Source: a virus (lineage: Duplodnaviria; Caudoviricetes). Taken from it: 64,000 nucleotides of DNA. The notes beneath the pieces were generated by a model. That model searched no databases. It was given only the letters and a program-made list of their open reading frames with translations, and was not told the DNA's origin. Shown in pieces: positions 37,595-48,398 of this stretch. The stretch spans positions 13,132 to 77,131 of the IMG/VR virus record IMGVR_UViG_3300030100_000603; one strand, 5' to 3'. The position numbers were made by a program, and so were the translations under genes. Position 1 is the stretch's first letter, and each line of letters begins with the position of its first letter.

Positions 37595-38914
37595 TTACAT
37601 GTTCCAAATATTAGTCCCTTGCATGGCACCCATATTCAATTTGAAGTCAGTTGGTGCGATTTGACCCAATGAAAGATTATTGAAAGCATCACTTGTGGCG
37701 TCACACTGGTCATCGTGTCCAGTACCATCACCAACGAAGTTTTCGAGTTCTTTGCAGTAATCCTCATTCCAGTCGCCACGAACGATCTTGATAAGACCTG
37801 CTTCTGCGGCAGCACTGAATGGTTCAAAACGTTCCAACTTAGATTTAGTCGTCTTACACTTCTTGAATTTGTAACCCACAAGGTTCTTAGCGTGATCCTC
37901 AAAGACAGCCTTACCTGCACCACCAGCATCCAATGGGATACCGACTGTACACTTGGGACCATCTTGTTCAGCCTTCTTACGCATCATTTTCTTTACGCCA
38001 GAAGGACGTTTACGATCACGAATAGAATGCATTACATAATAATACCCGTCTGTTCCCAAGCGAATCTTTACCCCTGCTGTGTAGTCAGGATCAGGATTAA
38101 CCTCGGAAGGTTCGGTTGATGCTGTATCCCATGCACGCATCTCAGCTTTAGGTGGTGGAACATCTTTGATATCGACAAATTCACACCAATCACGATGGAA
38201 ATAACTACCGGCGTTAGCCTTGACATTCCATGAACCGTAGAGCAGTGCTTCACGGTCGATACGTGAGAGTGATTTCAGGTTTGCTTCGTATGCAGGGTCA
38301 ATCTTCTTGTTGTCCTTCACGGTCGCATTGATGAACGTAAAAGACTTGGGCATTGCATCCTTACCCCAAATACTCTCAGCTTCCTCTCTGGAATTGTACC
38401 AGTGAGTATCCTCACCACGACGGACAAACCAACGAAGAACACCACAGCGTTCCTCAATTGGGAAACCTTCGTCGTCAATCCACCAGTCTACAAGTGTTCG
38501 TACCCATCCTTCAGAAGTCGGGTTACAAGTAGCTCGGATATACGGACGGACACCCGTACCAGAACGGTTACGAGAAAGCATGTACCAGAACATCTTTTCA
38601 GTGAAACCAGTCAACTCATCGAAGATAATCAATGGCACCTGTGAACCTTTGTAGTTCTCCAAGTCCTTCTCAAGTTCGATACCAGCAAACTGTACACGAC
38701 TACCGCTGTTCTGGAAGTTCCACTTCATGACACCATCGTAAGATTCAGCGTCGGGAAAGTTATTAAAAATGTTGAATGATTCGTCCCAAGGACCGCCAGG
38801 GTGGCGTAGCTCGGCTTTAGTACGACGGAAGAAAATCGTATAGAAATTCGGTACGTCTTTATGCCTCAGACACTCAAGCAGAAGAGCGAAGGTCTTACCA
38901 CTACCAGCACCTCC
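37595..38914 (-). CDS. terL: Terminase large subunit, exon 2
   Basis: GGAGSGKT (rest of Walker A), IIFDELT (Walker B), RATCNP, AWDTA, HDDQCDA nuclease motifs. Confidence 0.92.
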   Translation of the reverse strand, partial: GGAGSGKTFALLLECLRHKDVPNFYTIFFRRTKAELRHPGGPWDESFNIFNNFPDAESYDGVMKWNFQNSGSRVQFAGIELEKDLENYKGSQVPLIIFDELTGFTEKMFWYMLSRNRSGTGVRPYIRATCNPTSEGWVRTLVDWWIDDEGFPIEERCGVLRWFVRRGEDTHWYNSREEAESIWGKDAMPKSFTFINATVKDNKKIDPAYEANLKSLSRIDREALLYGSWNVKANAGSYFHRDWCEFVDIKDVPPPKAEMRAWDTASTEPSEVNPDPDYTAGVKIRLGTDGYYYVMHSIRDRKRPSGVKKMMRKKAEQDGPKCTVGIPLDAGGAGKAVFEDHAKNLVGYKFKKCKTTKSKLERFEPFSAAAEAGLIKIVRGDWNEDYCKELENFVGDGTGHDDQCDATSDAFNNLSLGQIAPTDFKLNMGAMQGTNIWNM

Positions 38915-39145
38915 CGGTGCATGTTACGATGATCGCTACTCATCTCTCTTGTTTCCAAGAGTGTCGGACTATATCTTATTGGTAATAACCAATCCCCCCG
39001 TTTCGACTCCGCTTGGAGCCTACAATTAGTCTCTGCACGTTCAAAACCCGACACAAAGGCCGGGTTAAGCTTCGCTCAGGATTGCCTTATCTTTCGACTT
39101 AGGTTTCCCTGAATTAGAGGGGTTTTAGTACGGCAGAGGATTTTT
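38915..39145 (-). ncRNA. ORF-less group I intron (IA-type), 231 nt
   Basis: P AATTCAGGGAAAC, Q AATCCTGAGC, R CAGAGACTA, S AAGATATAGTCC; P1 exon GUACGGU with GCCGUAC including the U.G pair; P10 CCUCU with exon-2 GGAGG; P9 CTCTTG-GAAA-CAAGAG; terminal G. Splicing restores YG|GGAGSGKT. Confidence 0.92.
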
Positions 39146-39229
39146 ACCGTACAAACAAATGTCAGCCTGTGTTTCTAGGAACATGGACTGTTTACCAGGC
39201 TGAGGTTCCAACCTTTCATATCTAGCCAT
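39146..39229 (-). CDS. terL: Terminase large subunit, exon 1
   Basis: MARYERLEPQPGKQSMFLETQADICLYG (28 codons), in frame with exon 2 after splicing; spliced protein 467 aa. Confidence 0.9.
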
Positions 39230-39749
39230 AAGAAATCACCTTATCCTTCCTCATATCCCTTGTAAAACCACTAAGGGAAGACAATTTCCTACCAGAAAGA
39301 ATCTCACTGATGTAATCCGACCTTCGGATATCAAGAGATAAATAATCACAAATCTCTTTGCAACTAAATCCACAATGGTACATCTCATACATCTTGTGGA
39401 AGTCCTGATATGTTAGGTTCACAAGAGTCTTGGTTTTCATAAGACCCGTTTTGTACGCATGATGCATATTAAGTGTTCCAGTAACATACTCAAGATTGTC
39501 TTTGGCGTTATTGAGTTTATTCCCGTCGATATGGTTTACTTGGCAACCCTCGGGTTTCTCACCATGAAAACACTCAGCAATGAGAGTGTGAACCCGAACA
39601 CTTCTGCGACGAACACCATCACTGAGAATAATTTCACGATAACCGTCCCATGTGACTTTTCCAGCAAGAACATTACCGCGTTTACCGATTATATCACCAT
39701 TCTCACAGGCAAAATAACCGGGATAGTCTGCAATCTCAACCTTACTCAT
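39222..39749 (-). mobile_element. Free-standing HNH endonuclease (NUMOD4/I-HmuI-like)
   Basis: DYPGY...GDI...DGY..I.L...RVHTLIAECF...VNHIDGNKLNN...NLEYVT..LN..HA; stop lies inside terL exon 1. Confidence 0.88.
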
Positions 39750-40659
39750 CCTTCCTCCCATTGTCAGGCAAGAACACCCCGTTCTCTTCATCGTACTCAC
39801 CAGCTTCACGATCAACTGCTTCCAGTTCATCAGGTTCAGTATAATGGGATTGGAAGTATTTGTCAAGTTCATCTTGTGACTGGTGTGTAACAACCTTGTC
39901 ACCAAGTTCTCTTGAATTACTCGGAAGCGTAACGTGAACAACAGGAAGGGATTGACGTTCTTTCTGTTTTTCCATTGCGAGGGGATCAATCGGCTTTGGT
40001 TTCGCGTAGGAATACGAGGCATAAATTTCCAATGCTTTAAGACGTTGTGCGTTAGTTATTGGTTGCTTCGTATTGAGCTTATTCTCATCACCCTGAGCCC
40101 AGGCAATAAGTTGTTCAGCAGGATTGAAGTTCAGACGTTTGGCGGCACGCTCGACATTCTCCATACGCTTCTTTCGTGCGGCTTTAGCGTTGGCGGATGC
40201 TTTCTTGGCGTATTCTTTGTCCTGAAGGCTGGGGTTACCCTGTGGGCGACCAGTAAGGCGGGATATACATGAGACAGCTTTGAACTTACGGGACCAGTAC
40301 GCTTGATACGTTCGGATCAGCTTATTTGTATCAGGGTCACGTTCACCACTTGGAAGTTTCTCTACAACAAGCCAAGCGTGTTCGGTAGGATGCTTGAACA
40401 GATTACGTCTTTCGAATTGAATACCCTTCTTGAGTTTCCACTTCTCAGCAATCTGTTTGATTGTATCTTCTGGATCAAACTTGAACGGAAGAAGAGAACC
40501 GTCTACAATGTTGGGGTCCATAATATCTTCGTTCCAATACAGACCACTTGTTTCCGAAACACATAGATATTGGACAGGCCAATCACCTTCCGGCCCGAGC
40601 CATTCAATGAAAAAACTATCAATATCTACGTATTCAATGTGTTTATCTTTGTTTGCCAT
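39742..40659 (-). CDS. Possible terminase small subunit
   Basis: Position upstream of terL; basic helical middle (GRP...KKASANAKAARKKR) and acidic tail; no diagnostic motif. Confidence 0.45.
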   Translation of the reverse strand: MANKDKHIEYVDIDSFFIEWLGPEGDWPVQYLCVSETSGLYWNEDIMDPNIVDGSLLPFKFDPEDTIKQIAEKWKLKKGIQFERRNLFKHPTEHAWLVVEKLPSGERDPDTNKLIRTYQAYWSRKFKAVSCISRLTGRPQGNPSLQDKEYAKKASANAKAARKKRMENVERAAKRLNFNPAEQLIAWAQGDENKLNTKQPITNAQRLKALEIYASYSYAKPKPIDPLAMEKQKERQSLPVVHVTLPSNSRELGDKVVTHQSQDELDKYFQSHYTEPDELEAVDREAGEYDEENGVFLPDNGRKDE

Positions 40660-41274
40660 AAATTACACCATGAAAAATAAAAGGGGATAAAACAGGAAAT
40701 GACGGCTTGTTACCGTGATGTTGGGGATACATCAGCACGCAACAAAGAAACCGTCACAGAATAGGGCAGGAGGGGATTAGTTTACTTTTGTTCGTAAAAG
40801 TGTACCGAGAGGTCACTTTGGAGGGAATTTTTAAACCAGTGCATAAGAACCACCAGTAATCCAAGCCAGGAAAAGGACAGGAGACTACCAGTGGTATAAC
40901 CTTACATGACAAATGGCATCATCCAAAGAGAACCAAATGTCACAAGTTGAACGTAATACTGAAGCATAACCAGGAAACTTACTTGATCCATTACTTGATC
41001 TCCTTTTGGGTCGAGGTTTTAGACCCAACCTCTCGCCATTCGGTTTCGCTTTTACGTTTCCAATATGCTTTAACGATTGTACCGGATTTCATAATTATTT
41101 CCTCAACAGTGGGAACTTAAAGACCTTAAAGTATCGTTTAGGCGGATTAACGACATTATATTGATTGACCTTGAAGCTAAATGTGTTCGGACCAATCATC
41201 AAATGCCGGATACCGAATCGAATGTTAATCCAAAGATTACTCATCGCAGGTTACCCTTACCATCGTACTTAAAT

Positions 41275-41988
41275 TCATTCTAAATCCTCCGAAGGTTTAA
41301 TCATTCCATAATATTTAATCTCGGCTTCCTCCCGCAATGAAACCGCAACTAGGTATTCCGTACTTGACCCAAGATGTTTTGTTTCTCCTTCATATTGACA
41401 ATATGCCGAGTAAACAGGCTTACCATCTTTTCTGTAATGAGAGATGTAAACACCTGTACGACTACTAGTATTAGTTTTATGCCTTCTAGTGTTATATGCT
41501 TGAATAACCCGATCTGACCAAATGCAGTTTTCAGGGGCATAATCACCATTAACATCTAATCGTTCAAGGGTATATTGCTCTGGCCTTTCTCCCATGTCAA
41601 AAATAAAATTCCGCAACCCCTTTTCTCCATCCAACCATCTATCACAAACTTTAATTCCTCTCCCACCATAATCCTTATAGGCTATATCCGTCTTAGTGTA
41701 ACATCTGCGAATCATAGACTTATATGATGTGTAAGCCCTCATCTTGGAAAGACGATGGGTTGAAAATTTTTCCCTAACAGTTTTCCGATGAAAACAGCCG
41801 CACGATTTTGTATAGCAAGATTTCCAAGATTCAATCATTACTTCACAAATGTTCCCACAAACACAAGAAAAGAAAGCCTTTCTGCGTAACCTACCAGAAG
41901 GATTGGTGTGTGGACGAGTCTCCATTAAAAAAGTCAACCATGAACCATAAATGGTTTCACCAAACTCATAAGTCTTTTTAGCAGGCAT
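41275..41988 (-). mobile_element. HNH endonuclease with AP2-like C-terminus
   Basis: C.CGN, TKSCGC, YGGRGIKVCDRW, DMGERP..YTLER.DVNGDY.PENC.W, NTSSRTGV. Confidence 0.85.
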
Positions 41989-41989
41989 C

Positions 41990-42675
41990 TTATTCTCTCA
42001 GTTTTCCATTAGAAAAATACTTATTGTCGTAACCGTAGAACTTATCATGTGCCTTCTTGATCTTAGCAAGTGCGTACTCAAGATTCAACAGAGGCATACC
42101 CTTGTCAGAAGCCATCGCGTTATACATCTCGACATAACCACGACAGGTATCATGTTTCTCTTTCAGGTTGCCAAAATAACTAACCGGAATCTGTTTACCA
42201 TTTGCGTCAACAATATAATCCATTATTCCTCATCCTCATAAACTTTATGGGTCGCAAGAAACACAATGTTCTGTACAGGAAATGAAATCACATCAATGTC
42301 TTCTTCCATGTTCTCATTCGGAACAAGTGACAGGAAGTTATCATCAAGGTGAACACTCAGACTTTCAAACTGGAACATTTCCCCACTGGTTACCCGTACT
42401 GAAACATCAATGTGTTTGACCGGACGTTCTTGATTCGCTTGTTCTTCCATGTCTTATTCCTCCATGAGCTTACGTTTGTCTTTCGCAAGTTTATTCAGTT
42501 CGCGGCAAGTAGCTTTTACCTGACGATAAATTTCATCAATGTCCTTAACGGTTACTTCAGGATTTGCAATTGCGTAGTGCTCGATATAATTACCAAGATC
42601 ACTACACTGTTCCTCAAGTAGCTCGATAAGCGGTTGCGCCTGATCTCTCAGTTCGACCATCTGCTGTTCGTTCAT
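41990..42675 (-). CDS. Three small hypothetical genes (41990-42223, 42223-42450, 42454-42675)
   Basis: Tightly packed with RBSs, downstream of a promoter at 42707-42736. Confidence 0.6.
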
Positions 42676-42706
42676 TTCGTTTCCTCTCCCTCTTCGAGTA
42701 TGCAGT

Positions 42707-42736
42707 AGTTTAACAGTATCTAACTAACTATGTCAA
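42707..42736 (-). promoter_or_regulatory. sigma70-like promoter
   Basis: TTGACA-N18-TAAACT. Confidence 0.65.
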
Positions 42737-42750
42737 GTCTTTTTCCATAG

Positions 42751-43029
42751 TCACCACCACCCACCGTCTTTATCAATTTTTACAACGCTATCTAAGTCAA
42801 AAATATCTTCCTCTGGTTGACCAAGATAGACTCGGTACATTTCATCACGAACATACGCATTGTCCCGATCTACAATTTGCTGCTGTTTTGACCTATTTGC
42901 TTCACGGTTACATTCCATACACAACCCGATGCCTTGGTAATAAGCATTAAGAACAATGTCACATGCTTGACATCTTGTGTAAAACCCACTTACCCTACCA
43001 TTCCCAATTCCAGTATACCCCTTAGCCAT
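42751..43029 (-). CDS. Small Zn-ribbon protein
   Basis: RCQACD...LCMECN; start ATG 43029. Confidence 0.6.
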   Translation of the reverse strand: MAKGYTGIGNGRVSGFYTRCQACDIVLNAYYQGIGLCMECNREANRSKQQQIVDRDNAYVRDEMYRVYLGQPEEDIFDLDSVVKIDKDGGWW

Positions 43030-43678
43030 TTTCCACCTCATATATTTCCATAATTGAATCAAATGAATTACTCTTTGATAAATTTTCATCAGCAGGTATA
43101 ATCTGCAAGTTCCAAGGTACATGCAGACCTGTAACATTCTCACCGTTGATCGGTACAATGTGATCGACCTCAACATCATGACCACCTTTTCTCAAATCAC
43201 GAGATTTTTTATAAATCTCTCGTAACTCTTTTCTAAAAAGACCATAAACCTTTTTCTGATCTCTTACCCGAATGTCCCTGTAGTTCCCACCAAGTAAACC
43301 ATAACGTTTTTTCCGCAATTCTTTAATATAGGCTTTTCTTACGTCATCATGATTATAATAATATTTAGTATGTAACTTGCTCGCCTCTTTTACATACTCC
43401 TTGTTCTTCCTGAGAAAACCTGTAGGAATTATTTCCTTTTCGGGTGCTTTGATCCTAGGACCACAAGAAGACTCCCTACCCGTTAAATCTAAACTCTTGG
43501 TAAAATTAAAAACTTCTTCATGGGTAACAGTTGTTTCTAGAGATTCCAAGTAACACTCATTGCAAACAACACCAACAAAATCTAAGTCCTGTTTACACTT
43601 ATTAAATTCCTTGAGTGACCCCTCATAGTAACACCACTCACACTCAGTACCATTCGTCCTCATCATCTTCATCCTCAT
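43022..43678 (-). mobile_element. HNH endonuclease
   Basis: VEVDHIVPINGENVTGLHVPWNLQIIPADENLSKSN. Confidence 0.8.
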
Positions 43679-44033
43679 CGTCCGTATTGATTTCTACACC
43701 CCCAATGTTGAAGTATCCACAATGGTAGTCGATTGTAAAGTCTTCGCTGAAGACAGCAATGTTACCATGTTCCAAACCAGTCTTGTCTTCAACCGCACCA
43801 ACAGGTACAATTCCAATCAAGCCAGCATCAACAGGGTAGTTGTTGTCAAAGTTGTCAAAGTAGATACCATCACCGAATGCGGTGCTACCTACCCAACAGG
43901 TGAACCCCTTGTATTGGAATTCATTATCATCCACCTCATACATCAGGTCAAGAAAACCCATCCAGTTGTCGTCATGGATGACATAGCAGGGATCACCGAT
44001 GTAGTACGTCCCAGCCTTCATTCTGATAGCCAT
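43644..44033 (-). CDS. Conserved phage protein (YIGDPCY family)
   Basis: AGTYYIGDPCYV...TAFGDG.Y...PVDAGLIG; RBS GGAGG before ATG 44033. Confidence 0.7.
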   Translation of the reverse strand: MAIRMKAGTYYIGDPCYVIHDDNWMGFLDLMYEVDDNEFQYKGFTCWVGSTAFGDGIYFDNFDNNYPVDAGLIGIVPVGAVEDKTGLEHGNIAVFSEDFTIDYHCGYFNIGGVEINTDDEDEDDEDEWY

Positions 44034-44159
44034 GTAAACCTCCGTTTCGTTGTTGATGTCTCCACTATAAGCGAGGTTGACCCTCTGTGTCAAGACTTTT
44101 TCTCATCTAAATTTCTTGACAGGTGGGACCAGGGTGGTCTATGCTTCATCCATCGGTCA

Positions 44160-44330
44160 CGACAGAGAAGTTCTTACCTAGAATATTCTTAATATAGATT
44201 ATGTCTAGAATATAATGTCTATAACAAGAATAACATTGATAAGAATATCTAAGATAAGAAATAATCTAGTCTAGATATTCTAGATAAGATATTATAGTAA
44301 TATATATATATTATAATAATATAATTAGGG
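44160..44330. other. Very AT-rich divergent intergenic region, candidate origin
   Basis: Repeated TCTAGA and GATAAGA, 16-bp palindrome TAATATATATATATTA at 44298-44313, flanked by four TTGACA promoters. Confidence 0.5.
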
Positions 44331-44380
44331 TACAACAAGAATGGGCTTCCTGTCAAGGGTTGATACTAGAAAAATTTTTA

Positions 44381-44410
44381 TTGACACGGACAGGAAGGTT
44401 GAGGTATGAT
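44381..44410 (+). promoter_or_regulatory. sigma70-like promoter for the + strand accessory operon
   Basis: TTGACA-N18-TATGAT with an upstream A/T tract. Confidence 0.7.
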
Positions 44411-44439
44411 GACCTTATCACAACAGACAGGAGGACAGG

Positions 44440-44899
44440 ATGAATCATCAACAACAGGAATTCACAAGGCAGTTACAAAAACTTAACAGAATGTACCTTG
44501 ACGAGATGGAACATGTTCTGTTAACCTTATATCATCTTCACAACAATGATGTATTAACCCTTGATGATATTCAAGACATAGGAGAAAGATTTAATCTAGA
44601 TATTGAACTAAAGTATACTAACATTATTGAGACATTACCTGTTGACACTGACGAAGAGGATGACTAAGATGGCTACTGTACACCAAGGAATGAATAACAC
44701 TCTGTTGGGTCGTATCTTGACTGATGAGGAATTCACTGTAAGAATCCACCATGTCACAAAGCTGATTAAACAAGGGTTTCCTGTTAGATATTACCGGGAC
44801 AAGTTTGGGAGGTTGCGCGTGTACCGGAATGGTGAGTGGTGGGTTTTAGATGATCTTGCGAAAGTGGAACCAATTTATGATTGGAGGAAAAATGACTAA
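44440..44899 (+). CDS. Two small hypothetical genes (44440-44667, 44669-44899)
   Basis: GGAGG RBS; coupled. Confidence 0.6.
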
Positions 44900-45542
44900 G
44901 AAAATTGAATATAGATTTGGTGAAAACATTAATCCAGACAGTTTGTTGAGTTATCTTTTTGATGATGTGGAGAAGAAGGGTGAACGACGGGCATTTTTCC
45001 TGTGTGAGTGTGGGAATATTAAATCCATATTTGTTAGTTTAGTGAAAATAGGTAATACAAAAAGTTGCGGTTGCTATCACAAAGAAAAAGTTTCCAGACA
45101 TGGGAATTCTCAAAAAAGATCATATAAAGTATGGAAGGGTATGATATACCGAGGTCAAGGAAGATCAGGAAGAGAATTTTATTTTGACAAAGGGGTGAAA
45201 GTTTGCGATGAATGGTTGCATCCTGAAGATGGGTATGATAACTTTGTATCTGATATGGGTGAACCAAGGGATAATGAAACAATCGAACGCATTGACAGAA
45301 ATGGCAACTATTGCAAAGAGAATTGTAAATGGGCAAAAATATCAGAACAGCTTTACAATAGGGATTCCCCAAGGAACACATCTGGAAAGGTTGGTGTGAG
45401 TTTCCACAAAAAGTCGAAAAAATGGGCTGCCATTATAAATAAAGAAGGGGTAAAGTACAACCTTGGTTACTTTACCAATTATGATGATGCTGTAAAAGCT
45501 AGGCTAAATGCAGAATTGAAATATTATGGGAGGAACTGTTGA
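44892..45542 (+). mobile_element. HNH endonuclease with AP2-like C-terminus
   Basis: FLCECGN, TKSCGC, VKVCDEW, DMGEP...TIERID.NGNY.KENC.W, NTSGKVGVSF...KW.A.I...LGYF. Confidence 0.85.
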
Positions 45543-45796
45543 CATGAGACTGCTGATGTGTTTTATTAAACACTACTGGCTGGAAGTGGTTGGGTTTGGA
45601 ACGTTTTTCTCTGTATACATTGCGAAGGTATTTTTATGAGTAACATTCGGGTATATGTTTATGGGTTTGGTGAGGTTAAGGAATTCCTGCACACCTTCTT
45701 GGATCGAGAAGAGGCAAGGAAGTATTGTCGGACACACAAGAAGCTTTTCCCTGATCGCTTCGACTGCTACCTGATCGGGGATCATCAGTCAAATCT

Positions 45797-47118
45797 TTGG
45801 GAGATTGCATGAGCATTGAAGAAGAACGCGAAGAGATCATGCTGGATATGTTGTACGGGCCGCCCATCATTTACGTCGTGATGGTAACTTATCATGATGA
45901 TTCTACCAGGTGTTTCGTGTTTAGCACTGAAGAGAACATGGTAGCCTTCATTCAGATTGTCGAGGAAACTGGTGAAGAAAACAATGTAGTTAAGTACGCA
46001 TACTTCCAATCGCTGCTTGATCTGATGTATGATTTTGAATATGAAATGTATGGTGTGGAGCATTGATATGAAAACCGATAAAGAAATTGTTGACTCAATC
46101 TACAAACTTCTGTGCCATTCACTGGTGGAAGATGTACCAAGTAAGAAAAAAGAATTTGACGGACCATTCGCTGAGGGGTATATTACCTGCATGGAGACAA
46201 CAGCAAGGTTCTTCCTGAAATACATTGATGAACAACGGGGTGAGTGACATGAAATATCCTGATAAAATTTACCGCAAGCTTGAGATTGTTGAAAAGGAGA
46301 TTCATGGGGAAACATTTTACGGTTGTGTTGAGCATAAATCTTTCTTGGGTTTACGTCGGAAAAAGATGGTGAGAATTCATCAAAATATCTTCAACAAAAA
46401 CCTTGGACATTTTTCTTATGATGGTGTAAGGTGGGTGGACAGTAAGAAATGTGTTGAGGACTGTATTGACACTGTACATAGGGTTGCAGAGTTACGTTTT
46501 AAAAGAAAGGTGACAAAATGACGGATCGTAAAAAGTTCAAGATTATGTATCCAGAAGATTATTGGGATAAGACTAAGGCAGGAAAACCCTATCTACCTAA
46601 CAATGCAATGGTCGTCATGAACGGTGGTGGTGTATTCTTTCAGATTGATGACCCTAATGGATATGACCGATGCATTCGAAAGCTAAGTAGTATTCTACCA
46701 AAGTATGATGTAATCTGGAAATGAGGTGATTAGCTATGGCTGACTTTACCATGTGTAATAACTACGCTTGTCCTGTGAGGGGTTCATGCCACAGATATAT
46801 TGCTATTCCCTCTGGAATGCAATCGTATGGTTGCTTTGTGTGGGATGGGAAATGTGAATACTATATTCCACTTTGGTCTGAGACTGACACGAAAGAGATT
46901 GACAGGGAGAACATGAAATGAAAATCTTCGAAGTGATTGACGATGTGTATACTGTGTATGTCACCCGGTCAGAGAGCAAGGCGGCTCAGTGGTGGGAAAA
47001 CGTAGGGAAAAATGGTTGGATTACTGAATCTGAGATGGACGTGTACCTTGGTACTGACTGGCACCAGCAAAAGATTTGGGAAGACCTAAACGCATTTAAA
47101 GAGGCATATGGTCTATGA
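45797..47118 (+). CDS. Run of small hypothetical genes (45797-46066, ~46068-46247, ~46248-46521, 46518-46724, 46736-46921, 46918-47118)
   Basis: Coupled ATGA/GTGA overlaps; no recognisable family except a small Cys-rich ORF (ADFTMCNN..CP....C.RY). Confidence 0.6.
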
Positions 47119-47784
47119 AAATATCTACTAGAAAAGAAGCTATTGAAAACGGGGATGTGAAATATTTCACAGGAAAACCTTGTAAACGTGGTCATGTCTC
47201 CGAAAGATATACGAGCACATACCAATGTTGCGAATGTCATACTAGAAAGGAAAAATTAATGTATGAAAAAAAAGTGGAAACAAGAAAACCGTAAACATCT
47301 TTCTGAGTATGATAAAAAGTGGAGACAAGAAAATATCGAGCATCATAGAGGGGTGGTTAGGGAGTGGCACAGGAGGAAGTACAAAGAAGATTCTGATTAT
47401 AAAATTGCAAAAACAGTAAGAAATATGTTTGGTAGAATTCTCCAATTAACAAAAGAACAAAAACATGAATCCACATTTTCTGTTTTGGGTTATTCTGTTG
47501 ATGAATTTAAAACCAATATTGAAAGTAAAATGTTGAGTGGTATGACATGGGAGAATCATGGATCAGTATGGCAAATTGACCACATTTATCCTGTGTCCCG
47601 TTATATACGAGATGGGGTTAATGATCCTACTATCATCAATAGGCTTTCAAACTTAATACCAATGTATTCGGAGGACAACTTGAATAAATGGGATAAAACC
47701 TTGGAAGAGTTTCTTGACGAAAACCCTGATCTGTATTATCGTTATGGAAACCATGTTGAACAAAAAAAGGAATATGAGCTATGA
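47115..47784 (+). pseudogene. HNH endonuclease split by a frameshift in an A8 run
   Basis: The N-terminal TRKEAI..G..KYFTGKPCKRGH..ERYT...C.EC frame (from 47115) joins the WQIDHIYPV HNH frame if one A of 47266-47273 is removed. Confidence 0.75.
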
Positions 47785-48372
47785 AAAAACGTTACACCAG
47801 CGACAAGAATCATCACTACCTGACCTTCGGTAAGCACAAGGTAGCTATTATTCGAAAAGATTCTAAGCGCCGAACAAAAGGTGATGAGAAAGAACTGGAC
47901 AGACACATGGATGATGTACTACAATTAAGGAACAGTGAGATCGGACACAAGGTTCACAAAGGGGGGTTAATATGCCAAAGATGATATTTCCTAAACCAGC
48001 AGGACATCATTATGAGAAAACCACATGGGCGTTATCTTTTGCCTGTAGTGTGGTCGCTGTAAGACGAGACATTGATTTCACAGAGATGTACGAATTGGCC
48101 TATACATACGTTGACAATCTGCCAAATCTTGTGAGACAATGCCCAAAGAATGTAGCAGAGGCTTACTTGGAGGGTACACCATGAAGAAAGGCATCATTGA
48201 ATGGGTTACACAGTTTACACCTTTAGTCTTATCTATTATACTTTTGTCTATGGGCGTTGCGCTAATTCATTCGGTAATCGCATCAGGAATAGTTGTAGTT
48301 CTTTACGCAATAGGTTATACTGCATGGGTAGTGGTATTCCTTGCAATCTTGATTGGATCATTCAAAAACTAA
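47781..48372 (+). CDS. Three small hypothetical genes (47781-47984, 47972-48184, ~48181-48372 membrane)
   Basis: Coupled ORFs on the operon strand. Confidence 0.55.
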
Positions 48373-48398
48373 GGGAAAGGACTTGCTAAAGGAGAAGA

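Noticed and set aside
38728-38728. ORF-track start of the terminase (MKWNFQ)
   Set aside because: An internal Met; the frame is open up to the intron 3' splice site and Walker A lies upstream.
39001-39030. TTCGACTCC looked like a tRNA T-arm
   Set aside because: It is the reverse strand of the intron P7.1 hairpin; no cloverleaf. I saw no tRNA genes in the window.
39750-40022. N-terminal 91 aa of the 266-aa ORF called at 39222-40022
   Set aside because: Overlaps the upstream gene in another frame; the HNH starts at ATG 39749 after a GGAGG RBS.
41240-41275. Possible displaced C-terminus after HNH 41275 (YDGKGNLR vs YDNK...GKLR of the upstream gene)
   Set aside because: Similarity too weak compared with the exact duplication at 25811/26578.
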